Origin: a virus
Reading direction: 5' to 3' (one strand)
Virus record (IMG/VR): IMGVR_UViG_3300012228_000001
Location: 39,293 to 103,292 of that record
Length of the DNA stretch: 64,000 nucleotides
The translations under genes were made by a program, and so were the position numbers. Under the pieces are notes generated by a model, which worked only from the letters and a program-made list of their open reading frames with translations, did no database searches and had not been told where the DNA came from. Each line of letters starts with the position of its first letter. Position 1 is the first letter of the stretch. Positions 38,201 to 47,558 of the stretch are shown here, in pieces.

Positions 38201-41200
38201 GGCGCTTCCATTTCAAGCGGCTGCTCGTCGCGGGCAACGACTTCTTGGATCGCTTCGATATTCGCGAACCGATCATCTATCGCCTGCGCAGCTTCTTCTG
38301 CCGTGTTGAACGTGCCAATCACATTGTCGTCGCCAACGTAGGCGTCATAGACCGCCGCCGTGCTGTCGCCCTCGGCTTCACGCGGCACAACCGCCGCTGA
38401 CGCCGCTTCAACCGTTTCGCTGTCCCTAATCCACATGGGTTCATTGGGTGTTGGGCCAACGTCAGCCTTCCAACCTTCGGGCGGCTTGTCCGGCACTGCC
38501 GATAGCGGCGTGCCCGCGAGCGGCTCTTCGCGTTCCGGCTTGGGCGGGTGAATGATCTCTTCCAAAACTTTCTTGTAATAGTTGAACTTCCGAAGCGCCG
38601 CCTCGCGCTGCATGCGCTTCATAATCTGATCTTGGACCTTGGCGACGGTCTTGGCGTAGCCCTCGATCAACGATTCTTCCATCCCGGCATTCGTCGCTTG
38701 GCGCTTGGCGCTCTCGACGACTACTTTCTGTTGGACTTGGGTGAGACCGAGTTTGGATATGCCGACCGACTCCAAAAACTTCTGTTCAAGTTCTTTCGTC
38801 TTGGCGCTGGCCTCGTGGCGGACTTCTTTAAGCTTTGCCTCGTAGGGTGCGCGTTCTTCGCGGCGCTTCTCGTATGCCGCCCATTGTTCTACGTCTTTGC
38901 GCTGCTCTTTCAACGCGCCCATCTGGAAACTCGCGTGCGCCAGCCCGGACTCTTCTTGCCAGTCGCCGACTTTGTAACCAGCACGACGCGCTTCGCCCGG
39001 ATCGATGACGGCCTGATTGTCGGCCCGCTTGGTGATTAAGATATGGCGACCGGCGAGCGGCGAACTTGGATCGGTTACGGTAATCCAAACGGACGCGCCG
39101 ACCGGCACGTTGGCCCAATCAATCTTGTTGCTGCCGGGAAGATGCGGCGTTGAGATAATGCCTTTGCGCACCGATGGCATGATCGCGAAGATGACGTTGC
39201 CAAGCTTGACGCCGTTGGGCGTCGGCGTGACGACGAACGCAACGCTTTTCTTGATAGGCTTGGCGACCTTGGCGGCATACTCGGCTTCCATCCAAACATC
39301 CTTGAATTTATCGCTCGCGTGCATACGGTAAATCTGCTGGCGTGTCATGCGCAAACCGATCTTTGCCAGGGCCGCTTCGGTGGCCGTAATCATCTTTCGC
39401 CAACCGTCGTCTGTGCTCAAATTAAACGAGCTAGATTTAACCGTCTTGAGCTGTTCCTTGATTTTATCTTCGAGCGCATTCTGTGCCGCCAGCCCCGGAT
39501 TGCGCCGGTGCATTTCGGCCCATCGTGCTTCACGACGCGCCTTAGCCTCGGCCATGTATTGCGCGTCCAGCTCTTCATCGGTTTGATGGCGCATGACTGA
39601 GGGATTTTTCTTCGATGGCTTGAGCGGCAAGTCGCGGATCGCCTTGTCAATCTCCACGTCGCGTGCGCGGATAAAATGTTCGGGGTGATCCTTTGGATGA
39701 TAGCCGCGCTCGCCGTGCTCTTCGTTGCCGTAGAAAGACTCGGAGAATTTGCCGAACGCCGGGTCGGTGACACTGCCCTGCGGGTTTTTATGCTTGTACG
39801 CTCTTTGAATCGCGGCGTTGTGATCGAGCCAAGACGAATGCACCGTGCCGTCTTTGAGCCGTACCGCCCGAAACGCGCCGGGGGGGATGGCCGGTTGCCG
39901 TGGCGGGGCGTTCCACTCCATGCGGTTGCTTCCCTGATGCCGCATGACTGCCGGGTTCTTCTTCGAGGGTGATAGCGGCAAATCGCCGATTGCTTTCTTC
40001 GCGTGATCCATGAAGCGGAAATCTTTGCCGCTCCAATTGTCATGCCAGCAATTCTCGCATACTGACGCATGCTGCCCGGTTGCCGAGTTCTGATACTGCG
40101 CGTGTCTAGTCCGCTCGCCGCAATTCTCGCAGTTGTCGTCGTGTTCACGAATCAGCGAATGCAACTCGCCGCCCATCTTGAGCGGGTTCTTGCCGACAAG
40201 CTGGTGACGGCGCACTGCGGGGTTTGACGGAGCTGGCAGTAACGGAAGATTCCCTATCGCCTTGATGGCGATGACAATGCCCTTCCACAATGAAGTGCTA
40301 GGGCCGCATTTCTTCATCGTGCGATAGAGAGAAAAATCATTCTCCATAAACTCGCGCATGGAGAATTCGTAGTACCGATTCTTTGAGCGGTTATCGGATG
40401 AAAAGTCTAAAACGACCGTTTGCTTTGGTGCCTGCGGGAATTTTCTAAGACTTGCCATAATACAGTCTTCCACAATACGGAATGCGCTTTCGGTTCCGAC
40501 TTCGTAATCAAAGGACGCACCACGCCTCACCCAACCATCTGTAAGCAATTTCCTAATGCTACGTTCACCGTCGCCCCGCGGTCGCCCATGTATGGCGATA
40601 TTGGCTATGTCTTCGTGTTCCTGGCGACCACCATGATAAAACGGTTTTCCTACCGCTTTCCTATCTGGCGTGATGAATGCGCCGGACCACAACTCATCTG
40701 TGATCGGCACACCTGCCCGTCCAAGATTATTTTTGTATTTCTCAAGCTGCGCGTCTGAGTGTTGCACCGGGCTGACTTCGCGCTGTTGCGTAACGGGTTT
40801 GTTTAATTGCTGGTGTCGCTTCACCGTTGGATTCTTTTTCGATGGAAGCAAGGGCAAGTCGCGGATCGCCTTCCACGCATCGGGCAACGCGGAGTACACT
40901 TTCGGCTTCCAAGGTTTCTCCCGGTAATCGAAATCGAGCGAGCCGAGTTTCTTGTCGAGCGCTTCAAGAATCTTGTCTTCGTTCTTGAGAACGCCGCGAT
41001 GAAAAATTTCGCTGTCTTTGTCGCCCATGATAGCCTTCGCCAGTAAGTGCCGAGCCTTTGCCTTTTGTTCGTTGACGCATAGCTTGAAAATCTTCTCGTG
41101 CGGAACGTGAGCGTTAAACTTGAATTCGCCGTTCCAATCGCCCATGTCGAGCAAAAAGTCCCTGCCGATCTTCTCGCCGTTGATTCTAAACCGGGCAATG

Positions 41201-43542
41201 TCCCATGCGTAAGTGCATTTCTCTGCGGCTTCAATGATCTTGTTCTTTTGCTGGCGGGTAAACTTCGCATCGTTTGACCGCACGAAGTCGTTCACCACCG
41301 ATTGAAAGTTTTCCAGCATCCCGGCGCGTCGATCTTCGTCGGTGAAGTCAAACCCGTAAAGCGCCCATGCGTACTTTCCAACGTCGCCATCGGCGAGCAA
41401 GTCAACGCGCTCAATTCCAGCTTTTTTGTAATACGCGAAGCTTTGCTCAAGCAGGTCGGCAGCGATGCCCTTGCCCTGATACTTATTTTTGAGAAAGAAA
41501 CTGCTGATGTACGCCCGACCAGCTCCTAAATAAATGCTTTGCAGCGCCGAGCCAGCGACGGCATTATCGGAGCGGCGGCGGATCAGCGCGTAGACTTCAA
41601 GTTCGTTCGCGTTGGTCGGCGCGGTGATCGTGAGTTCGCCGGTATAAAATTCATCGTGCTTGAGACTGAACGCTGCGGCAATCTTATCGATTGACGTGCC
41701 GTAGCTGTAAAGCAGATTGTCGTCCAGTTCTTGCCGATCTTCGGTGCGAACAGTTAGTTCCGTTTCTGATGTGACGCTGCCCTTAGTGCGCCCGCGAGCC
41801 TGACGCTTTTCGGTCGTCGTTCGCGCCCGCTCGGCCTGCGTCGGCGCTTCGCGTTGGAGCTGCGTCCAGGCGGTGCCGATCTCTGGCGGCATTTCGTTGC
41901 CGTAATGCTCCCAATGGCGCGACCATCGGGTGTAGATTCTCTCCACTTCTCCATTGTGTTCGGGGTGCTCTCTGCCCTGTTCGCGAAAATACTCCCGAAT
42001 GTCCTGCGAGTGAGCATTGCTTCGCATCATGCCGTCGACGTGAGTGGTGATCTGCGGCTCAAGGTCTTCCCAACCGATTGTCTGTTGCCGTTCCTTGCCA
42101 AACGCTTCGTCGACTCGCGCCCCCTGCTCCACGGCGGGGTCAATATCGGTGCGCTGATGACGGCGGATTCGCGGGTTAGCGTGCGACGGGAGAAGCGGAA
42201 GATCGCGGATAGATTTTGAGACATCCTGCTGTTGCTGCTTAAACAGGCTTTCCGCCTGCTCCCATCCGCCCGCGTCATACGCATCTTCGATATCCCGTGC
42301 GCCCTGAGAGTCGCCCTTGAACCGGCGCTGGTTTGCCATGCCGACGACGCGGCTTAGTTCGTTGCCCTTCTGAAAAGCTTCGGTCGTCGCCAGCTTGTCC
42401 AATTGTCCCGATGATCGCTGCTTGGCGATGGTTCGCGCATCGTGCACCGCTTCGAGAATATCCTTTGCCTGCTCGTCCGACATAAAGCCCCGGTCGTCAA
42501 AGAACGTGACTTGATACGCGCCGGGGTTCTTCGTGCTCGCATGGATCACAGCGCCCTTGTTCGTTTGCGGATCGAAGTATTCGATCACGCCGATGGTCTT
42601 GGGCGATACTTTGGCGGCGAGTTCCTTGAGCCTCGCTTCGAGTTCTTGCATTTGCCCTTTGGCGTCGGGGTCTTTGCCGCCCTTGAGATATTCATGCCAC
42701 TTCGCTTCGATCTGTTCTTTCAACGAGGCAATCTGATCGACCACCATGTTCGCATTCAGCGCTTGAGCTGCGGTGCGCTGATGGCGGCGCACGGCTGGAT
42801 TCTTCTTAGACGGCAACAAGGGTAAGTCGCGGATGGCCTTTAAGACGACGCCGATGGTCGTGCGGTCGAGTGCCTTGTTGCAAATACCGCTCATGGTCGG
42901 TTCGTCGCCGCAGATTAAACAACGCGGATGGCCGTTCTTGTGCGTCCACTGCGCGGGCTTGAACTTGTGCGGCTGCAAAGCTTCGGGCTTTTTCTTGGCT
43001 TCGCGGATGACGGCATCTTCGGCCAACTTGCGCGCTTCGTCATCGAGGATTAGCCCCTTGATCGCTTCGTCGGTGCGCCCGTTCTTGAGCCAGTGCTTGA
43101 ATTCTTCGAGGGTCTTTTCCTTAATGCTGCTTAATCCGTTCCAGCCTGGTTTGTAATTCGACAAATATATCTCGCGGGCTTCCTGCTCGCTGTCGACGCC
43201 GAGAATAACCTTATGCTCGTCCCACTGGCCGTCGACCACTTGATTGATGACAAAGACTTTTTCGGATTCAGGATGCGGCCCGACGTAGCAATCGATCTGC
43301 TCGTCATCACCACCGTTGGTGCCGCGAATGTAGCCGTAGTCGGTAGTGATCTTTTGCGACCACTTCTCGCCGTGCCGGTCGACGCCGGAACGAGTCGACC
43401 CCTTGGGGTTCTCGATTGATATGTTAAATCCGTGAAGCCAAAGGTGCCGCTTCGGATAGTTCCCCGCTTCAATCTGCGCGGGTGTAGGACTAGCCTTGAT
43501 CGCTATCAGCATGGGCTTCTTGCGGCGCATGATCGTGACCAT
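35230..43542 (-). CDS. Giant polyvalent virion protein (InPase-like, GNAT, Zn-ribbon, SNF2-like helicase; DarB-like)
   Basis: N-terminal PTPAQIEAGNY.K..ISIENPKGS.R..YGYIRGT..DEHKV; GNAT YQGKGIA..WALYGF; helicase TTGAGKT, IDEPQ, SASP, QGIGRVDR. Confidence 0.85.
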   Translation of the reverse strand: MVTIMRRKKPMLIAIKASPTPAQIEAGNYPKRHLWLHGFNISIENPKGSTRSGVDRHGEKWSQKITTDYGYIRGTNGGDDEQIDCYVGPHPESEKVFVINQVVDGQWDEHKVILGVDSEQEAREIYLSNYKPGWNGLSSIKEKTLEEFKHWLKNGRTDEAIKGLILDDEARKLAEDAVIREAKKKPEALQPHKFKPAQWTHKNGHPRCLICGDEPTMSGICNKALDRTTIGVVLKAIRDLPLLPSKKNPAVRRHQRTAAQALNANMVVDQIASLKEQIEAKWHEYLKGGKDPDAKGQMQELEARLKELAAKVSPKTIGVIEYFDPQTNKGAVIHASTKNPGAYQVTFFDDRGFMSDEQAKDILEAVHDARTIAKQRSSGQLDKLATTEAFQKGNELSRVVGMANQRRFKGDSQGARDIEDAYDAGGWEQAESLFKQQQQDVSKSIRDLPLLPSHANPRIRRHQRTDIDPAVEQGARVDEAFGKERQQTIGWEDLEPQITTHVDGMMRSNAHSQDIREYFREQGREHPEHNGEVERIYTRWSRHWEHYGNEMPPEIGTAWTQLQREAPTQAERARTTTEKRQARGRTKGSVTSETELTVRTEDRQELDDNLLYSYGTSIDKIAAAFSLKHDEFYTGELTITAPTNANELEVYALIRRRSDNAVAGSALQSIYLGAGRAYISSFFLKNKYQGKGIAADLLEQSFAYYKKAGIERVDLLADGDVGKYAWALYGFDFTDEDRRAGMLENFQSVVNDFVRSNDAKFTRQQKNKIIEAAEKCTYAWDIARFRINGEKIGRDFLLDMGDWNGEFKFNAHVPHEKIFKLCVNEQKAKARHLLAKAIMGDKDSEIFHRGVLKNEDKILEALDKKLGSLDFDYREKPWKPKVYSALPDAWKAIRDLPLLPSKKNPTVKRHQQLNKPVTQQREVSPVQHSDAQLEKYKNNLGRAGVPITDELWSGAFITPDRKAVGKPFYHGGRQEHEDIANIAIHGRPRGDGERSIRKLLTDGWVRRGASFDYEVGTESAFRIVEDCIMASLRKFPQAPKQTVVLDFSSDNRSKNRYYEFSMREFMENDFSLYRTMKKCGPSTSLWKGIVIAIKAIGNLPLLPAPSNPAVRRHQLVGKNPLKMGGELHSLIREHDDNCENCGERTRHAQYQNSATGQHASVCENCWHDNWSGKDFRFMDHAKKAIGDLPLSPSKKNPAVMRHQGSNRMEWNAPPRQPAIPPGAFRAVRLKDGTVHSSWLDHNAAIQRAYKHKNPQGSVTDPAFGKFSESFYGNEEHGERGYHPKDHPEHFIRARDVEIDKAIRDLPLKPSKKNPSVMRHQTDEELDAQYMAEAKARREARWAEMHRRNPGLAAQNALEDKIKEQLKTVKSSSFNLSTDDGWRKMITATEAALAKIGLRMTRQQIYRMHASDKFKDVWMEAEYAAKVAKPIKKSVAFVVTPTPNGVKLGNVIFAIMPSVRKGIISTPHLPGSNKIDWANVPVGASVWITVTDPSSPLAGRHILITKRADNQAVIDPGEARRAGYKVGDWQEESGLAHASFQMGALKEQRKDVEQWAAYEKRREERAPYEAKLKEVRHEASAKTKELEQKFLESVGISKLGLTQVQQKVVVESAKRQATNAGMEESLIEGYAKTVAKVQDQIMKRMQREAALRKFNYYKKVLEEIIHPPKPEREEPLAGTPLSAVPDKPPEGWKADVGPTPNEPMWIRDSETVEAASAAVVPREAEGDSTAAVYDAYVGDDNVIGTFNTAEEAAQAIDDRFANIEAIQEVVARDEQPLEMEAPEVPLQANTPQEVELATTEDMHKKAAQAAKRREENQELREEAKKDAIVIIPTKKARDPLDRVLLTQDKEAAKTALDDFNAFTRAMAEKKEILKIIPPRLPRPETVVVANALEALRQSAVERVTDEDVRNALERYAARTKINGDESFYSVVHEHWNDEVGYALNGAVANGGSEYLNGLLKRRKGFVSGAAAAALTGLVGKHTGIELDVGRLSDAFSPQVTASIVGYWLVGQARQRQLKGQSITAIIQAIENDNKTNLLAQEQKALDEDKKLKATYQEIQRQKANGELTAEATIMRQEAYNILQRRQNIGRAYGSLAASGSLLLAMKHAQAGIDERVTINVGMSKDNAYRILKEKLNVSPSKIPEQIKIAHNIIGTDATTGEAILQYQITGNASYLANRWGTQSPILSREVAELNKIKTDNTPFTPMDRPPHFKREWINDAGVKEDFALRLPQRNDINWLNKTGGGLLTRTTGAGKTLTTAGWWSHLLAKNPHYKGIVLCPDGLTAQWADQLHRATDLDILVIPEKTTKEERQKFWKQIKPGQLVIASHSDALRSQWDVDAITGHGFDFASIDEPQNLKSQTSERLGSAAKRIVNIPFKHRVALSASPARESLDEIYEWVNWATKEFAGYQRKKDGSQGNPIFHSKIGSKVGFGRMYAGGGNGTNAQDEAIQQQIFQKISPYVSGDQFKTRTESGKAGDKPYKVVTNDHTVKRSQMQIARQKEIEAGYNTLLAKITEEETAKGKRMGRTKAQIGQRINHLVMKEMDTRHWNNLHGGEDNAKAKEVAKTILSEIKEGKTHHVVFIDSEPQRVALNTLLRKAKIKAYDLTELNKRAKFKEEAEQIAKTENLTPDQALERVVAQRKEQWAAEKNKGEAGIMFIDKTSQAGHNLQTADSFHQAGRPQDAAGYYQGIGRVDRAPRKGDIALHHYRYTDSPFEDAHWTEIENEMKVIGAITPALLKSLANPVHVGLAMEQYVKSILGRRILEFFGVAQ
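39583..42840 (-). repeat. Six dispersed 63-bp coding repeats (KAIRDLPLLPSKKNPAVRRHQ)
   Basis: Copies at 42778-42840, 42154-42216, 40810-40872, 40201-40263, 39934-39996, 39583-39645. Confidence 0.92.
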
Positions 43543-43792
43543 TGCCCTGCGCCTGTGCCTGCGCCTGTGCCTTGCGGATTTTAACGATGTTGTCCATCGC
43601 GGTATTCAATTTGGCAACGTCGAACTTCTCAAGCCGCTTCTGCGCATTGAGCGTCGTGACCAGCGCCGAGATCGTGCATTCGAGCCGGTCGATACGCAGC
43701 TCTTGATTAACGACGATCTGTTGCCAAGTCAGTAGTTCCTCGCGCAATCGAGTTATTTTTTCCATGCGCTTAATCTGTGTCGACTCTTTCAT
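43490..43792 (-). CDS. Coiled-coil hypothetical protein
   Basis: MKESTQIKRMEK..; SD AAGGG. Confidence 0.5.
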   Translation of the reverse strand: MKESTQIKRMEKITRLREELLTWQQIVVNQELRIDRLECTISALVTTLNAQKRLEKFDVAKLNTAMDNIVKIRKAQAQAQAQGNGHDHAPQEAHADSDQG

Positions 43793-43826
43793 TTTAGAAC
43801 CCTTCGGACTATAAATTCTTCCAATT

Positions 43827-44501
43827 ATGTCTGAACGTATCGATTTGACTAACCGACTCTTCGGCCACTGGACCGTTCTGAAATACATCGGCAATCGTTT
43901 TTGGTTTTGCAAGTGTGACTGTGCGAACGCCACCGAAAAAAACGTTCATGGCGATTCGCTTAGGCGCGGCGGAAGTACAAGTTGCGGTTGTGAACAGCGA
44001 ACCCTGGCCGCTCAAAAACGATTGAAGCACGGGAATGCCAGACGGAAGCGGATGACAACCGAATATACGATATGGCTTTCGGCTAAAAACCGATGCTCCA
44101 ATCCGCAGTGCAAATCCTTTGAACGATACGGCGGACGCGGTATTTACATGTGTCGCGGATGGAAGGAGAACTTTGAGCAGTTTTTGGCGGATATGGGCGC
44201 ACGGCCAAAGGGGATGACTCTTGATCGCAGAGATAATAATAAGGGTTACTGGTGCGGCCACTGCGACGAATGCAAGCAAAATAGTTGGACTGCGAACTGC
44301 CGATGGGCAACTCGCGAAGAGCAAGCAAATAACAAGGAAGTCAATCACAGGATTTCCATTGCAAACGAAACGATGACCGTCGCGGAGGCGGCTGATCGAT
44401 TTAGAGTTGACGATAAAATCATTTATCAGCGTATCGGGCGCGGCTGGACTGCCGAGAGAGCCGTTTTTACCCCAATTCGAACGTTTACCTTTCGCGACTA
44501 A
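43827..44501 (+). CDS. Homing endonuclease-like protein (YGGRGI family)
   Basis: DLTNRLFGHWTV..CKCDC..SCGC..YGGRGIYMC..TLDRRDNNKGY..NCRWAT. Confidence 0.8.
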   Translation: MSERIDLTNRLFGHWTVLKYIGNRFWFCKCDCANATEKNVHGDSLRRGGSTSCGCEQRTLAAQKRLKHGNARRKRMTTEYTIWLSAKNRCSNPQCKSFERYGGRGIYMCRGWKENFEQFLADMGARPKGMTLDRRDNNKGYWCGHCDECKQNSWTANCRWATREEQANNKEVNHRISIANETMTVAEAADRFRVDDKIIYQRIGRGWTAERAVFTPIRTFTFRD

Positions 44502-44521
44502 ATCTTGCCGGATGGCAGTTT

Positions 44522-44800
44522 TCATTTGCTTGCCTTGGTCTTCTTCGCGTCGTCGTCAATCTGCTTAATCGCGATTACCAGAGCCGACTCGCGTTGTGAC
44601 AGCTCCACGATTTGCCGCTCGGCTTCGGACATCATCATTTGTCCCAAGTTGTATCGCGCTGCGTACTTTTCTTTTTGAGACCGCACCGCTTGCAGGGTCA
44701 AGTCAAGTTCCCGGCGCGTCGCCGGTGGATCGTCCTGTGCATAGACCGGCGCGGCGCACAACGCTAAAGCAACAACGAAAATTAACGCCATTCTACTCAT
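44522..44800 (-). CDS. Signal-peptide/coiled-coil protein (possibly lysis accessory)
   Basis: MSRMALIFVVALALCAAPVYA|Q followed by a helix. Confidence 0.5.
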   Translation of the reverse strand: MSRMALIFVVALALCAAPVYAQDDPPATRRELDLTLQAVRSQKEKYAARYNLGQMMMSEAERQIVELSQRESALVIAIKQIDDDAKKTKASK

Positions 44801-45095
44801 GTTCAATTCTTTCTTTATCTTCCGCTTGTTGATCTGTGCGCCCTTTTACTTCACCCTCGATGAGCGCCATTTTCCTAGTGGCTTCAACGAGCGCTGTCTG
44901 CATCCCGTTGGTATGCTCTTGAATTCTGTTGACAAGAACCAAGACAGCGCCCACTCCCAACGCGACAAGTGCGGCTATAAGGATCAAAGTGACCAGCAGC
45001 CAGTTAGTGAGAAACGCGCTGCGCTGCGCTTCAAGCGCGGCCAAGACCGCGTTGATTACCGGCTCCGGGTTTGCTATTCCATCTGCTACTTGCAT
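44793..45095 (-). CDS. Membrane protein, holin-like
   Basis: One long TM segment, then HTNGM motif and charged tail. Confidence 0.45.
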   Translation of the reverse strand: MQVADGIANPEPVINAVLAALEAQRSAFLTNWLLVTLILIAALVALGVGAVLVLVNRIQEHTNGMQTALVEATRKMALIEGEVKGRTDQQAEDKERIEHE

Positions 45096-45099
45096 TGGT

Positions 45100-45405
45100 T
45101 TAATTCCTCTTGTAGAGCCAGGATGGCACGCAGGCATATAATCCCACGTCCATGTTTGTCCACTCAATGTTCACCTTACCGTCCGGCTGTCTCGGCGTCG
45201 TATAGACAAAAATCGCTAACTTCGTCGAGCACATGATCTGTTCGTGTTCTATACGCCTCTGAACGTGCTCCCAAAGCGTAACGCCAATATTTAAGGCAAG
45301 AACGAGGAGTAAAAAGAAAAATAACGAATTGCCGCCAAATAATTTTAGAGTTCCCCCAAATCCGCTAACTTCGACGCCAGCTTTTTCTTGATTCGGTTCT
45401 GTCAT
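45100..45405 (-). CDS. Single-pass membrane protein
   Basis: SLFFFLLLVLALNIGVTLW. Confidence 0.5.
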   Translation of the reverse strand: MTEPNQEKAGVEVSGFGGTLKLFGGNSLFFFLLLVLALNIGVTLWEHVQRRIEHEQIMCSTKLAIFVYTTPRQPDGKVNIEWTNMDVGLYACVPSWLYKRN

Positions 45406-45421
45406 AACGCATCGCTCTCTT

Positions 45422-47548
45422 TTACCAGCCCGCGATATAGGCTCCAACGGTGAGTCTCGCCGTCACAACGGTATCCAACGGCGTGCCATCGGACTTGAAC
45501 ACTTGGAAATCGTAAGTCGTGCCCTTGGTTACTTTGTTATCGAGTTTCAAAACATACTCGCATTCGGTCTCACTGTTGTTCAAATCGATTAGTGGAAAGT
45601 CGGCGGAACTGCGGACAACGGCGCACGCCGTATTGGAAGCTTTGTGGCTTGTGAGCAGTTCGGTCGTCGCGGTGCCCGCCGCTGGAATATCGGCGCTTCC
45701 GGTTGTGCCGTACCACAAGATCAAATTGTTGCCAACCGTGTCGGGAATGCTCGCGTATGCTGCCGCATCCTTGGAGTTTTGAAGAACAAACGCGGTAGGC
45801 GGCGGGTCGCCATCGGTCTGAAATTTGAAACGCAAACGGAACGCCGCGCCCGGTGGTAACTCTATGCTGACGTTTTGCGTGCAAGTGGCGCAAAGCAATG
45901 CTGGCGCTGCTTCGGTCCCTCGTAGTTGATGAAATCTGAAATCCGATGGAGCGATAGGAACAGGTCCGCCGCCGCCCAAGTCGTTTGCCCCCCCCGTGGC
46001 GGCATAGGTGCGAACGTAGGCGTTGAAGTAGTTTGTCCCAAGCGCGCCGTTGGGATCGCCAATCGCCACGGAGTCCATGAGCGACGGCGGTGCGCTGCGG
46101 TTGTAAGCATCCTTGACCGTGCTGTCCGATGAATAGGCGGGACTGACCAAAACGTTCACGGTAGACGTTCCCACGACAGAGCAACTACTCTCGGTTTTTC
46201 CAACGTCGCCGCCACCAGTATTTTCGGTGAGCGCTATATTGGTAGCCGTGCAGGTCTGTAGCCCCACGTTGTTGCGGGTGGCTTGGATCGGTAAGTCGTA
46301 TATGACGCTATAGTGCGTGCTGTCCGCCACTTCTCCCCTATTTCGCTTTGATGCTATGAGGGCACCAGCGTCACAAGTGCCGACGCAATGACTGGCGAAT
46401 CCTGAAATCGCCACGCCGTAACCGATAGCCGCGCTGCCTTCCTTGAGATTGAAATTCAACGTCGATGGACTGACGAAAATGTCGGTCGGCGTGCCGGTCG
46501 TTAGGTTGTTCGATGAATTGGTCGAACTTCCGCTTATGGCCGTGGAGCAATTGTGAATAGTATTATTTTTGGCGAGCGGATTGTTTGCGGCAAATACGAG
46601 ACCTTGCGTGCCGGACTCCCCTGAGCAGTAAATCGTGTTGTTGAAAACCATGCTCGCGCTGCCGCCGACATAAATTCCGCGACTGCCCCGCGAGTTGATA
46701 ATGTTGTGATGGATGATGTTTCCATTTCCATCATTTGCGTAAATGCCGCCTTCCTCATAGATGGAACCGTAACGCTGCCCAACGAGTTCAAAAAACGAAT
46801 ACCGGATCGTGTGATTCGATGAAGAGACACGCGAATTGTGAAGCTGGATGCCATAGCCAAAGATATTTTTGAAATGAACACGCTCGATCAATGCTCCGCT
46901 AGACCCCATGTAAATCCCATGATTTCCCGGCGACTCCCCAATTGGATCATGGATAGGGGTTTGGATTATGTCGTGAATATAGGTGTCTTTTATTACAACG
47001 TTGGTTACGCCCTCTTGAAAACCCATCCCATCCCCGCCATCGGCTTCCACGTTGCCGCAATCTACATTTATGAACGTCAAGTAGCTCTGCGTTTGATTGC
47101 TGCCCGCCTCTACGCATTTTTCGTTCGATGGATTGCTGATCGACCCCATATCGATCTTCATGCCGTCGACCGTGAAATAGTTCGTCGTGGCACCAAACTT
47201 TATAGCGATCCAGTCATTTGTCTGACTGGTGACAGGCTTGATTACGGCCATGCGCCGGTTTTCCGCTCTGAGAGTCGTGGGCGAATTGATAGATGCCCCC
47301 GATTTCAAAAGCGAATCCCATAGCGTTTCGTCGTAATCGCCGTTGCCGACTACTACCGTGTCGCCATTGCCAGCCGTGGTGCAAGCAAGCCCCTGCGCAA
47401 TGGTCAGCTTGCGGTTTGTGCCAGTCGGACTCTGTGCGGTCGTACATGAGTTTCCGGTGCTGCCGGACTTGCCGACGTAGTAGGTCGTCGCCGCCCAACC
47501 GGGAGAGACTACAAGTAGAAGGAACCAAATCAAGAATAGTTTTTTCAT
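45422..47548 (-). CDS. Right-handed beta-helix (pectin lyase-like) protein with signal peptide
   Basis: MKKLFLIWFLLLVVSPGWA|ATTYYV..TIAQG..GDTVVV..G.Y; HGIY, NNTI repeats; F.L..GS.AI.G. Confidence 0.75.
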   Translation of the reverse strand: MKKLFLIWFLLLVVSPGWAATTYYVGKSGSTGNSCTTAQSPTGTNRKLTIAQGLACTTAGNGDTVVVGNGDYDETLWDSLLKSGASINSPTTLRAENRRMAVIKPVTSQTNDWIAIKFGATTNYFTVDGMKIDMGSISNPSNEKCVEAGSNQTQSYLTFINVDCGNVEADGGDGMGFQEGVTNVVIKDTYIHDIIQTPIHDPIGESPGNHGIYMGSSGALIERVHFKNIFGYGIQLHNSRVSSSNHTIRYSFFELVGQRYGSIYEEGGIYANDGNGNIIHHNIINSRGSRGIYVGGSASMVFNNTIYCSGESGTQGLVFAANNPLAKNNTIHNCSTAISGSSTNSSNNLTTGTPTDIFVSPSTLNFNLKEGSAAIGYGVAISGFASHCVGTCDAGALIASKRNRGEVADSTHYSVIYDLPIQATRNNVGLQTCTATNIALTENTGGGDVGKTESSCSVVGTSTVNVLVSPAYSSDSTVKDAYNRSAPPSLMDSVAIGDPNGALGTNYFNAYVRTYAATGGANDLGGGGPVPIAPSDFRFHQLRGTEAAPALLCATCTQNVSIELPPGAAFRLRFKFQTDGDPPPTAFVLQNSKDAAAYASIPDTVGNNLILWYGTTGSADIPAAGTATTELLTSHKASNTACAVVRSSADFPLIDLNNSETECEYVLKLDNKVTKGTTYDFQVFKSDGTPLDTVVTARLTVGAYIAGW

Positions 47549-47558
47549 ATATAACTCT

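Noticed and set aside
39583-42840. 63-bp repeats as DNA-level elements (recombination sites, DGR template/variable repeats)
   Set aside because: Synonymous positions vary while the peptide is conserved; no reverse transcriptase or recombinase is visible
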